From the NCBI GenBank assembly GCA_035570955.1, contig DATMKY010000035.1, positions 16,782 through 80,781 of the forward strand: a DNA stretch of 64,000 nt. Direction: 5' to 3'. This document shows, piece by piece, positions 11,017 through 21,600 of this stretch (positions are counted from its first letter, which is position 1; each line of letters starts with the position of its first letter). Source of the DNA: Edaphobacter sp. Lineage in GTDB: Bacteria; Acidobacteriota; Terriglobia; Terriglobales; Acidobacteriaceae. The notes beneath the pieces are model-generated. The model was given only the letters and a program-made list of their open reading frames with translations. It made no database searches and had not been told where the DNA came from. Both the position numbers and the translations under genes were made by a program.

Positions 11017-12018
11017 ATGCCCGTCAAAGTTACTAACTCGCCAGACTCTTCGAAACCGTCAGAGTTCGTACGCGTTGAAGCGGCCGCGCTTACCGAACTT
11101 GCCCTGCGGATGGATGGGTCCATGAGCAAGCCTTTCACGGAGGCTACTGCGCTGTTGCTTGGGGTCGCCGACGGACGAGGCCGCATCATTGTCACGGGGA
11201 TCGGCAAAAGCGGAATCATCGCACGCAAGATCGCAGCCACGCTTCGTTCCACGGGCACACAGGCACACTTTCTTCATGCAGCGGAAGCGATTCACGGCGA
11301 TCTTGGCATGCTGGCGGCCGGCGACGTTGTCGTTGCACTCTCTTACAGCGGCGAGACGGAGGAGTTGCTGCGTCTGCTCCCGACGCTTCAGCGGCTCAAG
11401 GTACAGCTTGTCGTGATCAGCGGGTGTAGCACTTCGACTCTTGCACGGGCGAGCAGGATCTTCCTGGACGCGGGTGTCTCGAACGAGGCCTGCCCACTTA
11501 ACCTCGCACCCACAGCATCCACCACGGTAATGTTAGCGCTGGGCGATGCGCTCGCGCTCGAGGTGAGCCGTCGCCGCGGCTGGAAGGCCGAGGACTTTGC
11601 CGATCTGCATCCCGGTGGACGTTTGGGCAAACGCCTCGCTCGCGTCTCCGAGTTATTACATAGCGGCGACGCTCTGCCACAGGTCGAAATTGGGACGCCA
11701 ATGACGCAAGTGATCTATGAGATGTCCCGCAAGAAGCTCGGCATGACCACTGTTCTCGAGCACGGCCGACTCGCAGGCATGATCTCAGACGGAGATCTTC
11801 GCCGCCTGCTGGAACGTGATGGCTCGCACGCCCTTGAACATACTGCCGGCGAGATTATGAATTCAACACCAGTCACCATCAGCGGCACCGCTCTGGCATC
11901 TTCGGCCCTTGCTCTCATGGAGGACCGAAAGATTACTTCACTGGTCGTGGTGGGAACGAATGGGAAGGTTGAGGGCGTTGTCCATCTTCACGATCTCTGG
12001 ACGCTGCAGCTTTCCTGA
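11017..12018 (+). CDS. kdsD: KpsF/GutQ-family arabinose-5-phosphate isomerase (SIS + CBS domains)
   Basis: TGIGKSG, EAIHGDLG, EACPLNLAPTAST, HPGGRLG, C-terminal CBS pair. Confidence 0.9.
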   Translation: MPVKVTNSPDSSKPSEFVRVEAAALTELALRMDGSMSKPFTEATALLLGVADGRGRIIVTGIGKSGIIARKIAATLRSTGTQAHFLHAAEAIHGDLGMLAAGDVVVALSYSGETEELLRLLPTLQRLKVQLVVISGCSTSTLARASRIFLDAGVSNEACPLNLAPTASTTVMLALGDALALEVSRRRGWKAEDFADLHPGGRLGKRLARVSELLHSGDALPQVEIGTPMTQVIYEMSRKKLGMTTVLEHGRLAGMISDGDLRRLLERDGSHALEHTAGEIMNSTPVTISGTALASSALALMEDRKITSLVVVGTNGKVEGVVHLHDLWTLQLS

Positions 12019-12139
12019 AATCGTCAGTTGTTTCTGTCTCTGCGAGCTCAATCTGAAGGCACGAGAGTTGCGCGGAAGATAGAATAGTGACAATAGAATA
12101 TTTCACACCCAAAACAGCTGGAAGGTTACCCGAGAACGC

Positions 12140-13945
12140 ATGCATCGCTGGTCACAACTTTTTATCCCTACCCTCCGTGAAGCGCCCGCCGACGCCGAAG
12201 TTGCCAGTCACAAGCTTCTTCTCCGTGCCGGCTATATCCGCCAGCTAGGCGCGGGCATCTACAGCTACCTCTTTCTGGGCAATCGCTCCATCAACAAGAT
12301 CATCGGCATCGTCCGTGAGGAGATGGACCGTATTGGTCAGGAGTTCTTCCTTCCCGCACTCAACCCGAAGGAAATCTGGGAGGAGAGCGGCCGCTGGTCT
12401 GGCATGGGCGACAACATGTTCCGCCTGGAAGATCGCAAAGGAGCCCAGCTTTGTCTCGCCATGACTCACGAGGAGATCGTCACCGACATCGCACGCAAGG
12501 AACTTCGCAGCTACAAACAGCTCCCGCAAATCTGGTACCAGATTCAGACTAAATTCCGCGATGAGCCACGCCCACGATCCGGTCTGCTGCGTGTCCGCCA
12601 ATTCCTCATGAAGGACTCCTACTCCTTCGACCTCGACGAAGCTGGCCTTGATGTCTCCTACAACAAACACGACGAGGCCTACCGTCGCATCTTCACTCGG
12701 AGTGGCCTCAACTTCGTCGTCGTCGAAGCCGACTCTGGAGCCATGGGCGGCTCAGGATCGCAGGAGTTTATGGTCTACACCGAGGCCGGTGAAGACCTCA
12801 TCGTCAGTTGCCCCGAGAGCGGCTACGCAGCAAACATGGAAAAAGCCACCTCGCGGCTCTTCCCCGTCACCGAAATGGAACCGACCGGTGACGGTCTGCC
12901 CGAACTCGTCCATACTCCAGGCAGAGCCGCAATCGCTGACGTGGCCGAGTTCTTCAAAATTTCGCCAGCATCTGATATCAAGACGGTCGCCTACATGGGA
13001 AGCAAGAAGGACGGTACGGGGAAAACCGTCGAGGTCCCGATCATCGCCTTCCTGCGCGGCGATCACTTCGTCAACGAGACTAAGTTGATGGCCACCACCT
13101 ACGTCACCGAACTCCGCACTATGGCGGCTGAAGAACTTGCTCTCTACTTCGGGGGGCCAGCTGGGTATCTCGGCCCAATCGGACTTAAAGTTCTTCCCGC
13201 CGACAAGGGCGATCCATCCGCCGCATTTGTCGTCGTCGATAAGGGACTCGAAGGCCGCAAAAATATGGTCGGCGGCGCCAACAAGCTCGACTATCACTAC
13301 CGCAACATCGTCCCTGGCCGCGATTTTACCTGGACTCGAGTTGCTGACATCCGCAATGTTAACGAAGGTGATCTGGATGTCTCGAGCGGCAAGCCTCTCA
13401 AGATTGGCAAAGCCGTCGAGATTGGCCACATCTTCAAGCTAGGCAATAAATACTCGAAGTCAATGGGGGCCTCCGTCCTCAATCGCGAAGGAAAAGAAGT
13501 CATGCCTATCATGGGCTGCTACGGCATCGGCATCGAGCGCATTCTCACTGCCGCTATCGAATCCTCGGCAGCGCACAACGGAGGCAATAGCTACGCACTG
13601 CATCCCTCCATCGCACCGTTCCAGGCCGTTGTCACCATTACAAACGTCGGAGATGCAAATCTCCTCGCTGCGGGAGAAAAAGTCGCTGCCGCTCTCGAAG
13701 ATGCCGGCGTCGATGTCATTTTGGATGATCGCGACGAACGCGCCGGAGTAAAATTCAAAGACGCTGACCTCGTTGGTATTCCGTTTCGAATCAACATCGG
13801 ACGCGGAATAGCTGAAGGTAAAGTTGAACTCGTTGATCGTCTAAAGTTAACGAATGAGGAACATCCCATCGATGAGATCGCTACACACCTTGTGGGTCTT
13901 GTACGCCAAGCTACACTAAACCCCGTTGACCCAATCACGCCCTGA
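12140..13945 (+). CDS. proS: proline--tRNA ligase, bacterial type with editing insertion
   Basis: [43 protein letters not shown], anticodon domain GVKFKDADL. Confidence 0.97.
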   Translation: MHRWSQLFIPTLREAPADAEVASHKLLLRAGYIRQLGAGIYSYLFLGNRSINKIIGIVREEMDRIGQEFFLPALNPKEIWEESGRWSGMGDNMFRLEDRKGAQLCLAMTHEEIVTDIARKELRSYKQLPQIWYQIQTKFRDEPRPRSGLLRVRQFLMKDSYSFDLDEAGLDVSYNKHDEAYRRIFTRSGLNFVVVEADSGAMGGSGSQEFMVYTEAGEDLIVSCPESGYAANMEKATSRLFPVTEMEPTGDGLPELVHTPGRAAIADVAEFFKISPASDIKTVAYMGSKKDGTGKTVEVPIIAFLRGDHFVNETKLMATTYVTELRTMAAEELALYFGGPAGYLGPIGLKVLPADKGDPSAAFVVVDKGLEGRKNMVGGANKLDYHYRNIVPGRDFTWTRVADIRNVNEGDLDVSSGKPLKIGKAVEIGHIFKLGNKYSKSMGASVLNREGKEVMPIMGCYGIGIERILTAAIESSAAHNGGNSYALHPSIAPFQAVVTITNVGDANLLAAGEKVAAALEDAGVDVILDDRDERAGVKFKDADLVGIPFRINIGRGIAEGKVELVDRLKLTNEEHPIDEIATHLVGLVRQATLNPVDPITP

Positions 13946-14016
13946 TGTCACACGCGGCATCTAACTCGTCTAACCATGTAGACCGCGCTTATGCTGAGCG
14001 GCCTTGAATCTCTTCT

Positions 14017-16635
14017 ATGCCCGTCAAACTCAAATACGGAAACTCGACAAGTACAACCTCACGTATCACACAACTCCTGCATTCTCGCCTGTTCCGCATC
14101 TGTCTCGTTGCGGTGCTCGGTTTGATGGTGATTGGAGTCTCTGTCTTCGGCTACTTCTACTATCACTTTCAGAAAATCGTTGACGACCGTATCGCCTCAG
14201 GCCCGCTCTTCGCCAGTGTTTCGCAGATCTACGCTGCACCCCGCGAAGTTCGCGACGGCCAAAAACTCTCGCTAAACGAGATCGCTGCCGATCTGCGCAG
14301 GGCCGGATATAACAGCCATCCGCAACTCGGCACCTACCAACTCAACGGCGACAACATTTTCATCAAGCCCGGCCCTGAGAGCTACCACAACACCGACGGC
14401 GCCACCATCACAACCGGGGACGGCATCGTTCAGAGCATCACCGCAGAAAACGGAGCCGAGCTCAAGGCCTACGAACTTGAGCCCCAACTCATCACGGCCC
14501 TCTCGGAAGACAAGAACCGGACCAAGCGGCGCTTTGTGACCTACCAGGAGATTCCTCAGCACATGGTGCAGGCGGTCGTCGCTATTGAGGATCGCGACTT
14601 CTTCAATCATGGCGGAATCAATTATCTGCGCACCATCAAATGCGGTTTTCAGGATCTGCTCTCGCACCATATGAGCTGTGGAGGTTCCACGCTCACGCAA
14701 CAGCTCGCTCGCGGCTTCTTCCTCTCGCCCGAAAAAAAGATCACTCGCAAGCTGCGGGAGATTATGATCACCTTCCAGCTCGAGGCTCGCTTCAACAAGC
14801 AGCAGATCTTCGAGATGTACGCCAATCAGATGAATCTTGGCCACATCGGAAGTTACGAGATTAACGGCTTCGGCGAGGCGGCGCAGTCCTTCTTCGGCAA
14901 GCCGCTTGGTCAGCTCGACATCGCCCAGTGCGCCATGCTCGCTGGGCTGCTTCAGAACCCAAGCTATCGCAATCCCTATCGTCATCCCGAGCGCGCTATG
15001 GAGCGTCGCAACATCGTCCTCGATACCATGGTCGAGACCGGCGCCATTACCCGCGCCCAGGCTGACGCAGCCAAAGCCGAGCCGCTTCGCCTTGCCCCTC
15101 CCAACATTGACGCAAGCGAGGCTCCCTACTTCGTCGATCTCGTTCACGAGCGGCTCGTTCAACGCATTGGCGATCAGGATCTCTCGCACCAGAGCTTGCG
15201 CATTTACACCTCGCTCGATCCTGATCTCCAACAGATTGCCTCCGAGGCGGTCGAGGTTGGCATGAAGAATGTCGACGATCTCGTCCGCCACCTGCATAAG
15301 ACACCCAAAGGTCAGGAACCGCCACCGATCACCTACCCACAGGTGGCACTCGTCGCGCTCAATCCGCACACCGGCCAGATCCTCGCGCTCGTTGGAGGAC
15401 GCAACTACGGCGCGTCCCAACTCAACCATGCCACTTCCAACCGCCCCACCGGTTCTATCTTCAAGCCATTCGTTTACGCAACCGCCTACAACACTTCACT
15501 CAATGGGACCTCACTCGGAGAAGGCGGAGTCTTCACCGCTCTCACTCAACTCAACGACGATCCGCAAGACTTCGGCACCGACGACCAGCCATATACCCCC
15601 GGCAACTTCGAAAAAAACGAGTTTCCTGGAATGGTTACAGCGGCCACCGCAATCGCGCACTCGCTCAATATCGCAACCATCGCCCTTGCGCAAAAGGTCG
15701 GCTACGGAAATGTAGCAACCCTCGCTCACTCCGCAGGCATTCTCTCTGCCAAGGCCACGCCTTCCGTCGCTATCGGAACGTACAGTGCCACGCCGATTGA
15801 TATGGCTGGCGCATACACCGTCTTTGCCAACAACGGTGTTCATCTCAATCCGTGGATGGTAGCGTCAGTTCGGAACACCAACGGCGATATCGTCTCCGAC
15901 TTCTCTCCGGAGGGTAAACAGGTGCTCGATCCCCGCGTCGCTTACCTGACCCAGTCGCTGATGGAAGGTGCACTCAACTACGGAACCGCCGCCGGGGCAG
16001 TCCGCGGACATGGCTTCAGCGCTCCTGCAGCAGGCAAGACCGGCACCAGCCACGACGCGTGGTTCGCGGGCTACACCTCTAATCTTCTCTGCATCATCTG
16101 GGTCGGCAACGACGACTACACCGATGTCAAGCTTCAAGGCGCTCATGCCGCCGCGCCCATCTGGACCGAATTCATGAAGCGTGCGATCCAACTCCCTCAA
16201 TATTCGGACGTCAAACCGTTCAGCGCACCTGAGGGAGTCACCGTTGCTCGCATCGACAGGCCCACCAGCCTTCTGGTCGACTCAAGCTGCCCGAACAACA
16301 GCTTCTATGTTGGGTTCCTCGACGGCACTGCACCCGTAAATACCTGTAGCCAAATGGGCGAAAATCCACAGAATTTCTTTCAGAAGATCTTCGGCCTCGG
16401 TGGCAGTAGGCCGACAAATCCCGACACGACCCGACCAAACGCAACTCCACCCCCGCCAGCTGCAACTGGGGCACCCATAGTCCGGCAGGCACCGAACACT
16501 CCTCCTGACGGCAATGCACCCGACACCACGCAGCAGCCTGCGCAGCCCAAGAAGAAAAACTTCTTCCAGAAGATCTTCGGCGGAAAAGATAAAGAAAAAC
16601 AGGAGCCGCAACAGCAGCAGCCACCACCGCAATAA
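14017..16635 (+). CDS. class A penicillin-binding protein (PBP1B-like transglycosylase/transpeptidase)
   Basis: TM anchor; TG motifs EDRDFFNH, GGSTLTQQL, RKLRE; TP motifs SIFK, SLN, KTGT. Confidence 0.92.
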   Translation: MPVKLKYGNSTSTTSRITQLLHSRLFRICLVAVLGLMVIGVSVFGYFYYHFQKIVDDRIASGPLFASVSQIYAAPREVRDGQKLSLNEIAADLRRAGYNSHPQLGTYQLNGDNIFIKPGPESYHNTDGATITTGDGIVQSITAENGAELKAYELEPQLITALSEDKNRTKRRFVTYQEIPQHMVQAVVAIEDRDFFNHGGINYLRTIKCGFQDLLSHHMSCGGSTLTQQLARGFFLSPEKKITRKLREIMITFQLEARFNKQQIFEMYANQMNLGHIGSYEINGFGEAAQSFFGKPLGQLDIAQCAMLAGLLQNPSYRNPYRHPERAMERRNIVLDTMVETGAITRAQADAAKAEPLRLAPPNIDASEAPYFVDLVHERLVQRIGDQDLSHQSLRIYTSLDPDLQQIASEAVEVGMKNVDDLVRHLHKTPKGQEPPPITYPQVALVALNPHTGQILALVGGRNYGASQLNHATSNRPTGSIFKPFVYATAYNTSLNGTSLGEGGVFTALTQLNDDPQDFGTDDQPYTPGNFEKNEFPGMVTAATAIAHSLNIATIALAQKVGYGNVATLAHSAGILSAKATPSVAIGTYSATPIDMAGAYTVFANNGVHLNPWMVASVRNTNGDIVSDFSPEGKQVLDPRVAYLTQSLMEGALNYGTAAGAVRGHGFSAPAAGKTGTSHDAWFAGYTSNLLCIIWVGNDDYTDVKLQGAHAAAPIWTEFMKRAIQLPQYSDVKPFSAPEGVTVARIDRPTSLLVDSSCPNNSFYVGFLDGTAPVNTCSQMGENPQNFFQKIFGLGGSRPTNPDTTRPNATPPPPAATGAPIVRQAPNTPPDGNAPDTTQQPAQPKKKNFFQKIFGGKDKEKQEPQQQQPPPQ
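16372..16581 (+). repeat. duplicated 24-bp coding unit (NFFQKIFG twice) in the PBP C-terminal tail
   Basis: aatttctttcagaagatcttcggc at 16372-16395 and aacttcttccagaagatcttcggc at 16558-16581. Confidence 0.9.
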
Positions 16636-16656
16636 AATTGCTGCGCATCGGACGGT

Positions 16657-17778
16657 CTACTTCGTGTGCGCTACGATCGAGCATTTCTCCGGCCCATGCA
16701 GTTGCTTGGTGCAATTCTCCAGAGCTTTTTTGTCTGCCAAGCCCTGATCGATCTGCCCGAACGAAACTCCCCAAGCCTCCGAACCATTCGTCGCAAATGC
16801 CTTGTAAGGCCCCATGATCAGGAAGTTACGAAACGCAGCCACGCCTCTTTCGTTGAGCCCTGCCGGAGGCGGCACTTCGGGAACCGGTGGCGCTGGGAGC
16901 AGAGGCGTTTCAATCAGCACATTTTGCGCACGCAGATATTCCTCAACCGTCGGCGTCCATCCTGCAATGTTGTAGTAGTATCCATGCCCATCCTCCCGAT
17001 AAGGAGGAGCGAGCACAAACTGATCGATGCCACCACCCTCACGGAACGCTGTCTCGAACTTACGCGCAACGTCAGGCGGAAACCAATGATCGTTCTCCGA
17101 GTAGACCCACAGCATCGGTACTCGCGATTTCTTTCCGAAATGCTTGAATGCAGAGATGACTGCGCTGAGATCGCAGTTATTTTCCTTACCGTCGCCACCG
17201 CGGCCACCCGCAAAACTGATTGCAGCCTTCAATCCCTCCGGCGGATTCGCCGTCAGCGCAACCTGCGCGAACCCTCCTGTTGAAACACCTGCGCTCACAA
17301 TTATTCCCGCATCGACTTCCGGCAAGGTTGCGCCGTACTTTGCTGCAGCTCGTAGGTCATCCGCGCTGCTCTCTCCAGCTTCCGTGAAGCTGCCTCCTCC
17401 CTGGCGTTGACAGCCGCCGTGCTTCCCATCTTGCTCACCGCTCGATCGCCCATATCCCCTGCGTATAACGACAAGAACGACAAAACCGCGTCGTGCAAAC
17501 CAGATTGCCTGCGGCAGATACTTTCCCGGGGTCTCTGTCGCTCGCTCCGTTGAGTCAGCTGAGGTCCCGTGGGTGAGAATCGCAAGCGGATGTTTTCCCG
17601 GTCGTTTCACCTCAACCTGCATGACATCGAGCCCGAGGGGCGCACCAGGGGCGGCCATCATAAATTCCCGCTCAAGCCATTGAAGTTTCGCAGGAGCGCC
17701 AACAGACGATCCACTCTCCGTCTGCGCATGCGCTGAACCAACGGCAAACAAGACTGCAAAAAACAAAATGAACTTCAT
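16657..17778 (-). CDS. secreted dienelactone-hydrolase-like alpha/beta hydrolase with small Cys-containing C-terminal domain
   Basis: Signal peptide MKFILFFAVLFAVGSAHA, RRGYGRS, GVSTGG nucleophile, ENDH, DGH; Pro-rich linker before the C-terminal domain. Confidence 0.75.
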   Translation of the reverse strand: MKFILFFAVLFAVGSAHAQTESGSSVGAPAKLQWLEREFMMAAPGAPLGLDVMQVEVKRPGKHPLAILTHGTSADSTERATETPGKYLPQAIWFARRGFVVLVVIRRGYGRSSGEQDGKHGGCQRQGGGSFTEAGESSADDLRAAAKYGATLPEVDAGIIVSAGVSTGGFAQVALTANPPEGLKAAISFAGGRGGDGKENNCDLSAVISAFKHFGKKSRVPMLWVYSENDHWFPPDVARKFETAFREGGGIDQFVLAPPYREDGHGYYYNIAGWTPTVEEYLRAQNVLIETPLLPAPPVPEVPPPAGLNERGVAAFRNFLIMGPYKAFATNGSEAWGVSFGQIDQGLADKKALENCTKQLHGPEKCSIVAHTK

Positions 17779-17850
17779 GCCAACACTACAGCCCACTCGG
17801 TTCTCGAAGTCAACAATTCTTCTTGCGAACGAAGTAACTCCATCTGCCCA

Positions 17851-18699
17851 TTAGGCTAGCCATGGCTGACACTCCGGACACCAGTAGGTAGAGCGCCCTT
17901 GCGGCCCCTGTCTTTGCATCATCACGATAGCGCCGCATCGACGACACTCCTGGTCCTTCCGCCGATAAACCCAAAGCCGTTCCTCACGATTCATCGAGTG
18001 CGTCGTCCGGCGATTCCCTCCATACGTGACGATTCCATCGCCCTTGCCATCTAACACATTCGCCTTCATATACCGGTGAGCGAAATCCACCATCGCTTCC
18101 ATCTCGCGCTCAGTGAGAGTTTGTACCGCACGAAAAGGGTTCACACCTGCAGAAAACGCAACCTCGCTCTTATAGACATTTCCCAAACCTGAGAGCACTC
18201 GCTGATTCAGCAGCGCATCTCCAATCTCTGTCTCAGGATTCTCCCGCGCATACTTCCTAAACCGCTCAATGCCGCTCTCCACCGTGAAACCTTTCGATAA
18301 AATATCGGGGCCCAGTTTCGGCACCTCGCTGCTTCTTTCGAGCGACCGGGCGGTATGAAATTCGGCGATCGGTATATTGAATCCAACTGCTTCCCAATCA
18401 GCCGTCTGAATTACAACGCGCATATGACCGCGCCCACTCCGCCAACGTTCGCCTGTGCGATACAGGTGCCAACTTCCGCTCATGAGCATGTGAGTCAGGA
18501 GAATCAAGTCGCCTGAAAAATAGATGAGGCACCACTTCCCTCGTGACTCCACCTTTTCGATCACACGGCCCACCAGCGGCGTGTTGTCGTTTACCCTTGC
18601 GAGCTTTGCCAGGCCTGTCTCAAATCCCGTGACGACCTTGCCGCCGATGGCACGCTGTAACGCCCGCGCGGTTCGATAGATTGTGTCGCCTTCAGGCAT
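17851..18699 (-). CDS. nei: Fpg/Nei-family DNA glycosylase/AP lyase
   Basis: N-terminal MPEG, RGKW, H2TH LLNQRVLSGLGNVYKSE, zinc finger CRRC...CPECQ. Confidence 0.9.
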   Translation of the reverse strand: MPEGDTIYRTARALQRAIGGKVVTGFETGLAKLARVNDNTPLVGRVIEKVESRGKWCLIYFSGDLILLTHMLMSGSWHLYRTGERWRSGRGHMRVVIQTADWEAVGFNIPIAEFHTARSLERSSEVPKLGPDILSKGFTVESGIERFRKYARENPETEIGDALLNQRVLSGLGNVYKSEVAFSAGVNPFRAVQTLTEREMEAMVDFAHRYMKANVLDGKGDGIVTYGGNRRTTHSMNREERLWVYRRKDQECRRCGAIVMMQRQGPQGRSTYWCPECQPWLA

Positions 18700-21600
18700 T
18701 TGCGCTTACTCCGCTGCGCTGGCCCGGCAGAGGAGGCAGATTTCTCCGCACATTGAATCCCATCGCACCAGGAGCGAATCCTGCATCGAGCAGAGACCGG
18801 GCCATCCAATGTTCCGCTACAGCGACTCCATTGATCGTGGTAATCAACATCCCACCGCGCCCGCTCGCATCTTCGTCGTCGTGGACCCGCGCAACTAAAA
18901 ACTCTGCCAGGCTTCGCGCCACCTGAGATCGCTGCGGCTCCTCTTCCGGCAGAAACACCTGCAGATTCGGATTCCCTCTCCGCAGATACGCCACCAACTC
19001 TCCATCGCAGAGAATCACCCGTGCACCTACGCTTCTCGTCAGCGATGTTCCCGTCTCGGGTGCCGCCGGCCAACGCATCAACGCACCATAGGGATTCGCC
19101 GGATCTGTCGCCGCCAGCTTCAGCATCTCGCTTTTTTCCGATTGCGGTGAGACACGCAGCGAACGCAAGAGATCCACCGCCGCGGGCATCGCAAACTGCG
19201 TAGCACCAAGATCGGCGGCGAAATATCCTCGTCGAACTCTCCCGCTCTCCTCCAGAGCCTTCATCACATCGTAGATCGCGGAAAATCCCCCTTGCAGATT
19301 CTCAGCATGAGCCGTCTCGCGAAACACTACGCCGTAACGGGTCAGCAGCTGCAGCGCCATCGCATGACTCCACTCGGTTGCGGATCTGTCCGTGGCAAAA
19401 GCGGCAGAGTTCAACGCCCAGCGGCCTAGCGCGGTCGGCGGGGTCGTCCGGCGGGATCGGAAGACAGCCTGCTGATTGATTCGTCGCGCAGGCTTTCGTG
19501 AACTGCTCGCCGGTCGCTCGCAATACGCTCGCAGCGCCGCCATGCCATCGTTCGTCAACATTCCCCCCCACACCAGATTCCAGAGCGCCCCCAGCGTCTC
19601 ACCCGGATAACCACCGCCGACGCTATCGTGCAGCTCCTGAAAAAACGAAGCGCCATGCAGCTTGAGGTAATTCACAATCTCTGTCTCTCTAGTGACCTCA
19701 GATTTCTCTTCATCGCGTACAGGTCGTTCAGTCGGCCCAACAGGCCAAAGCGTGGACAGTTTATCTGCGAGGTAAAGGCTGATACGCCCATCGCGCTCGC
19801 CAATCGGACCCAGTCCAACCCATACAACCTCACCTGCGGCGATCAACGTATCCAAATCGGACGGTTTATAGCCCGCCAGACGAGCTGGCAGAATCTCGGC
19901 CTCAAGAATCGATGCGGGTAGAGGAGCACCCTGCAGATTTTCGACCACGTCGAGCAATGCGTCCAGCCCGCGACGCGGCTGCACCACTCCCTGCCAACGC
20001 GTGAATAGTCTCGCGAGTGTTCTCTGCTCGACAGGCTCGACCTCTTTGCGCAGCCGTGCAAGCGACCGGCGCCGGATTGTCCGCAGGACTTCGTTGTCGC
20101 ACCACTCGCGATGAATTCCTCCGGGGCGGAAACCACCTTCAGCAACCTTTCCACTCTGCACCAATCGCTGCAAAACCGTTTCGATGCTGGCTTCGATCAG
20201 GCCGAAACGGCTTGCGGCTTCACGCGTGGTGAATGGGCCATGAGTGCGTGCAAATCGTCGCACCAGATCAACTAAAGCGTTTGGCGTCTCCTGAAGAAAT
20301 GCCGCTGGCAACCCTGGGGGGAGTGGGACTCCAAGTGCATCGCGATATCGCGCGGCATCTTCCACCGCAATTAGCCTCTTCTCACTCGCGATCTGAATCT
20401 CCAGCACGCGGCGCGCTCGCATCAACCTTCCAACCGTCTCCGCAACCTCATCCGAGACACATCGCCGCCGCAACTCTCCTCGTGTCAAATCACCCAACCG
20501 AAGCAACAGATCGTGCACTCCATCCATGTTGCGTGCGCGGTACGTGTCTATGACGCACTGTAACTGCTCTTCTGTCTCTTCGATCGCACTCACATCCAAC
20601 AGCTCACGAAGATCAGCATCTCCCATCAGCTCTCGCAACTGATCCTGATCGATCGAAAGCGCCTGAGCACGTCTTTCCGCCAATGGAGCATCACCATCGT
20701 AGATGTAGTTCGCCACGTAACTGAACAGCAGAGCCGACGCGAACGGCGACGGCGTTCGCGAATCGACCGTGTGCACGCGCAATGAGCGATTTTCAACATT
20801 TCGAAGCGTCTCCATCAGCGCGGGCATATCGAACACATCGCGCAGACATTCCCTGTAGGCCTCAAGTAGGATTGGAAATGAGGCATAGCGGCTCGCAACG
20901 CTTAGCAGGTCATATGCGCGCTTTCTCTGCTGCCACAACGGAGTTCGACCATCCGCCTTTCTCCTCGGCAGCAGCAACGCCCGCGCCGCGCTCTCGCGAA
21001 ACTTCGCCGCAAACAGGGCCGTCGACCCAAGCTGCCGCATCACGAGTTCTGCCGCTTCTTCCGGAGGCAACAAAATTGGTTCGATGGCTGGAGCTTCATC
21101 AGTCTCGGGAAAACGCAGGACAAAGCCATCCTCCGACCACATCGTCTCCACGTCATATCCCAGCGAGTCCTTCAGCTTCGCCGTCGCTGCCATCGCCCAA
21201 GGAGCATGAACCCTGCTTCCAAACGGCGTGAGTACACAGACTCGCCAATCGCCGAGTTCATCTCTCACTCGCTCGACCACCAGGTTCCGATCATCTGGAA
21301 CAACAACGGTGGCCAATTCCTGGTCTGCGAGATAACGCAACACATTCTCCGCGGCTAACGGATCAAGATCGTGCTCCGTCGTCAACCTCGCAATCGCAAT
21401 GTTTCTCGGAGCCTCACGCAACTCCCTCACCAGTGCGCCAATTCTGCGCCCGAACTCGAGAGGTCTCCCAGCTCGATCGCCATGCCAGAACGGCATCTTC
21501 CCTGCCTCGCCCGGAGCCGGTGTCACCAACACACGGTCATGCGTAATCTCATCGATCCGCCAGGTCGAAGCCCCAAGGATAAACGTCTCGCCCACCCTGC

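Noticed and set aside
14272-15429. 385-aa antisense ORF inside the PBP gene (similar cases at 60366-61223, 56340-57179, 21371-22249, 26932-27831)
   Set aside because: Shadow ORFs expected from strong codon bias in GC-rich genes; no recognisable motifs, and each fully overlaps a well-supported gene.
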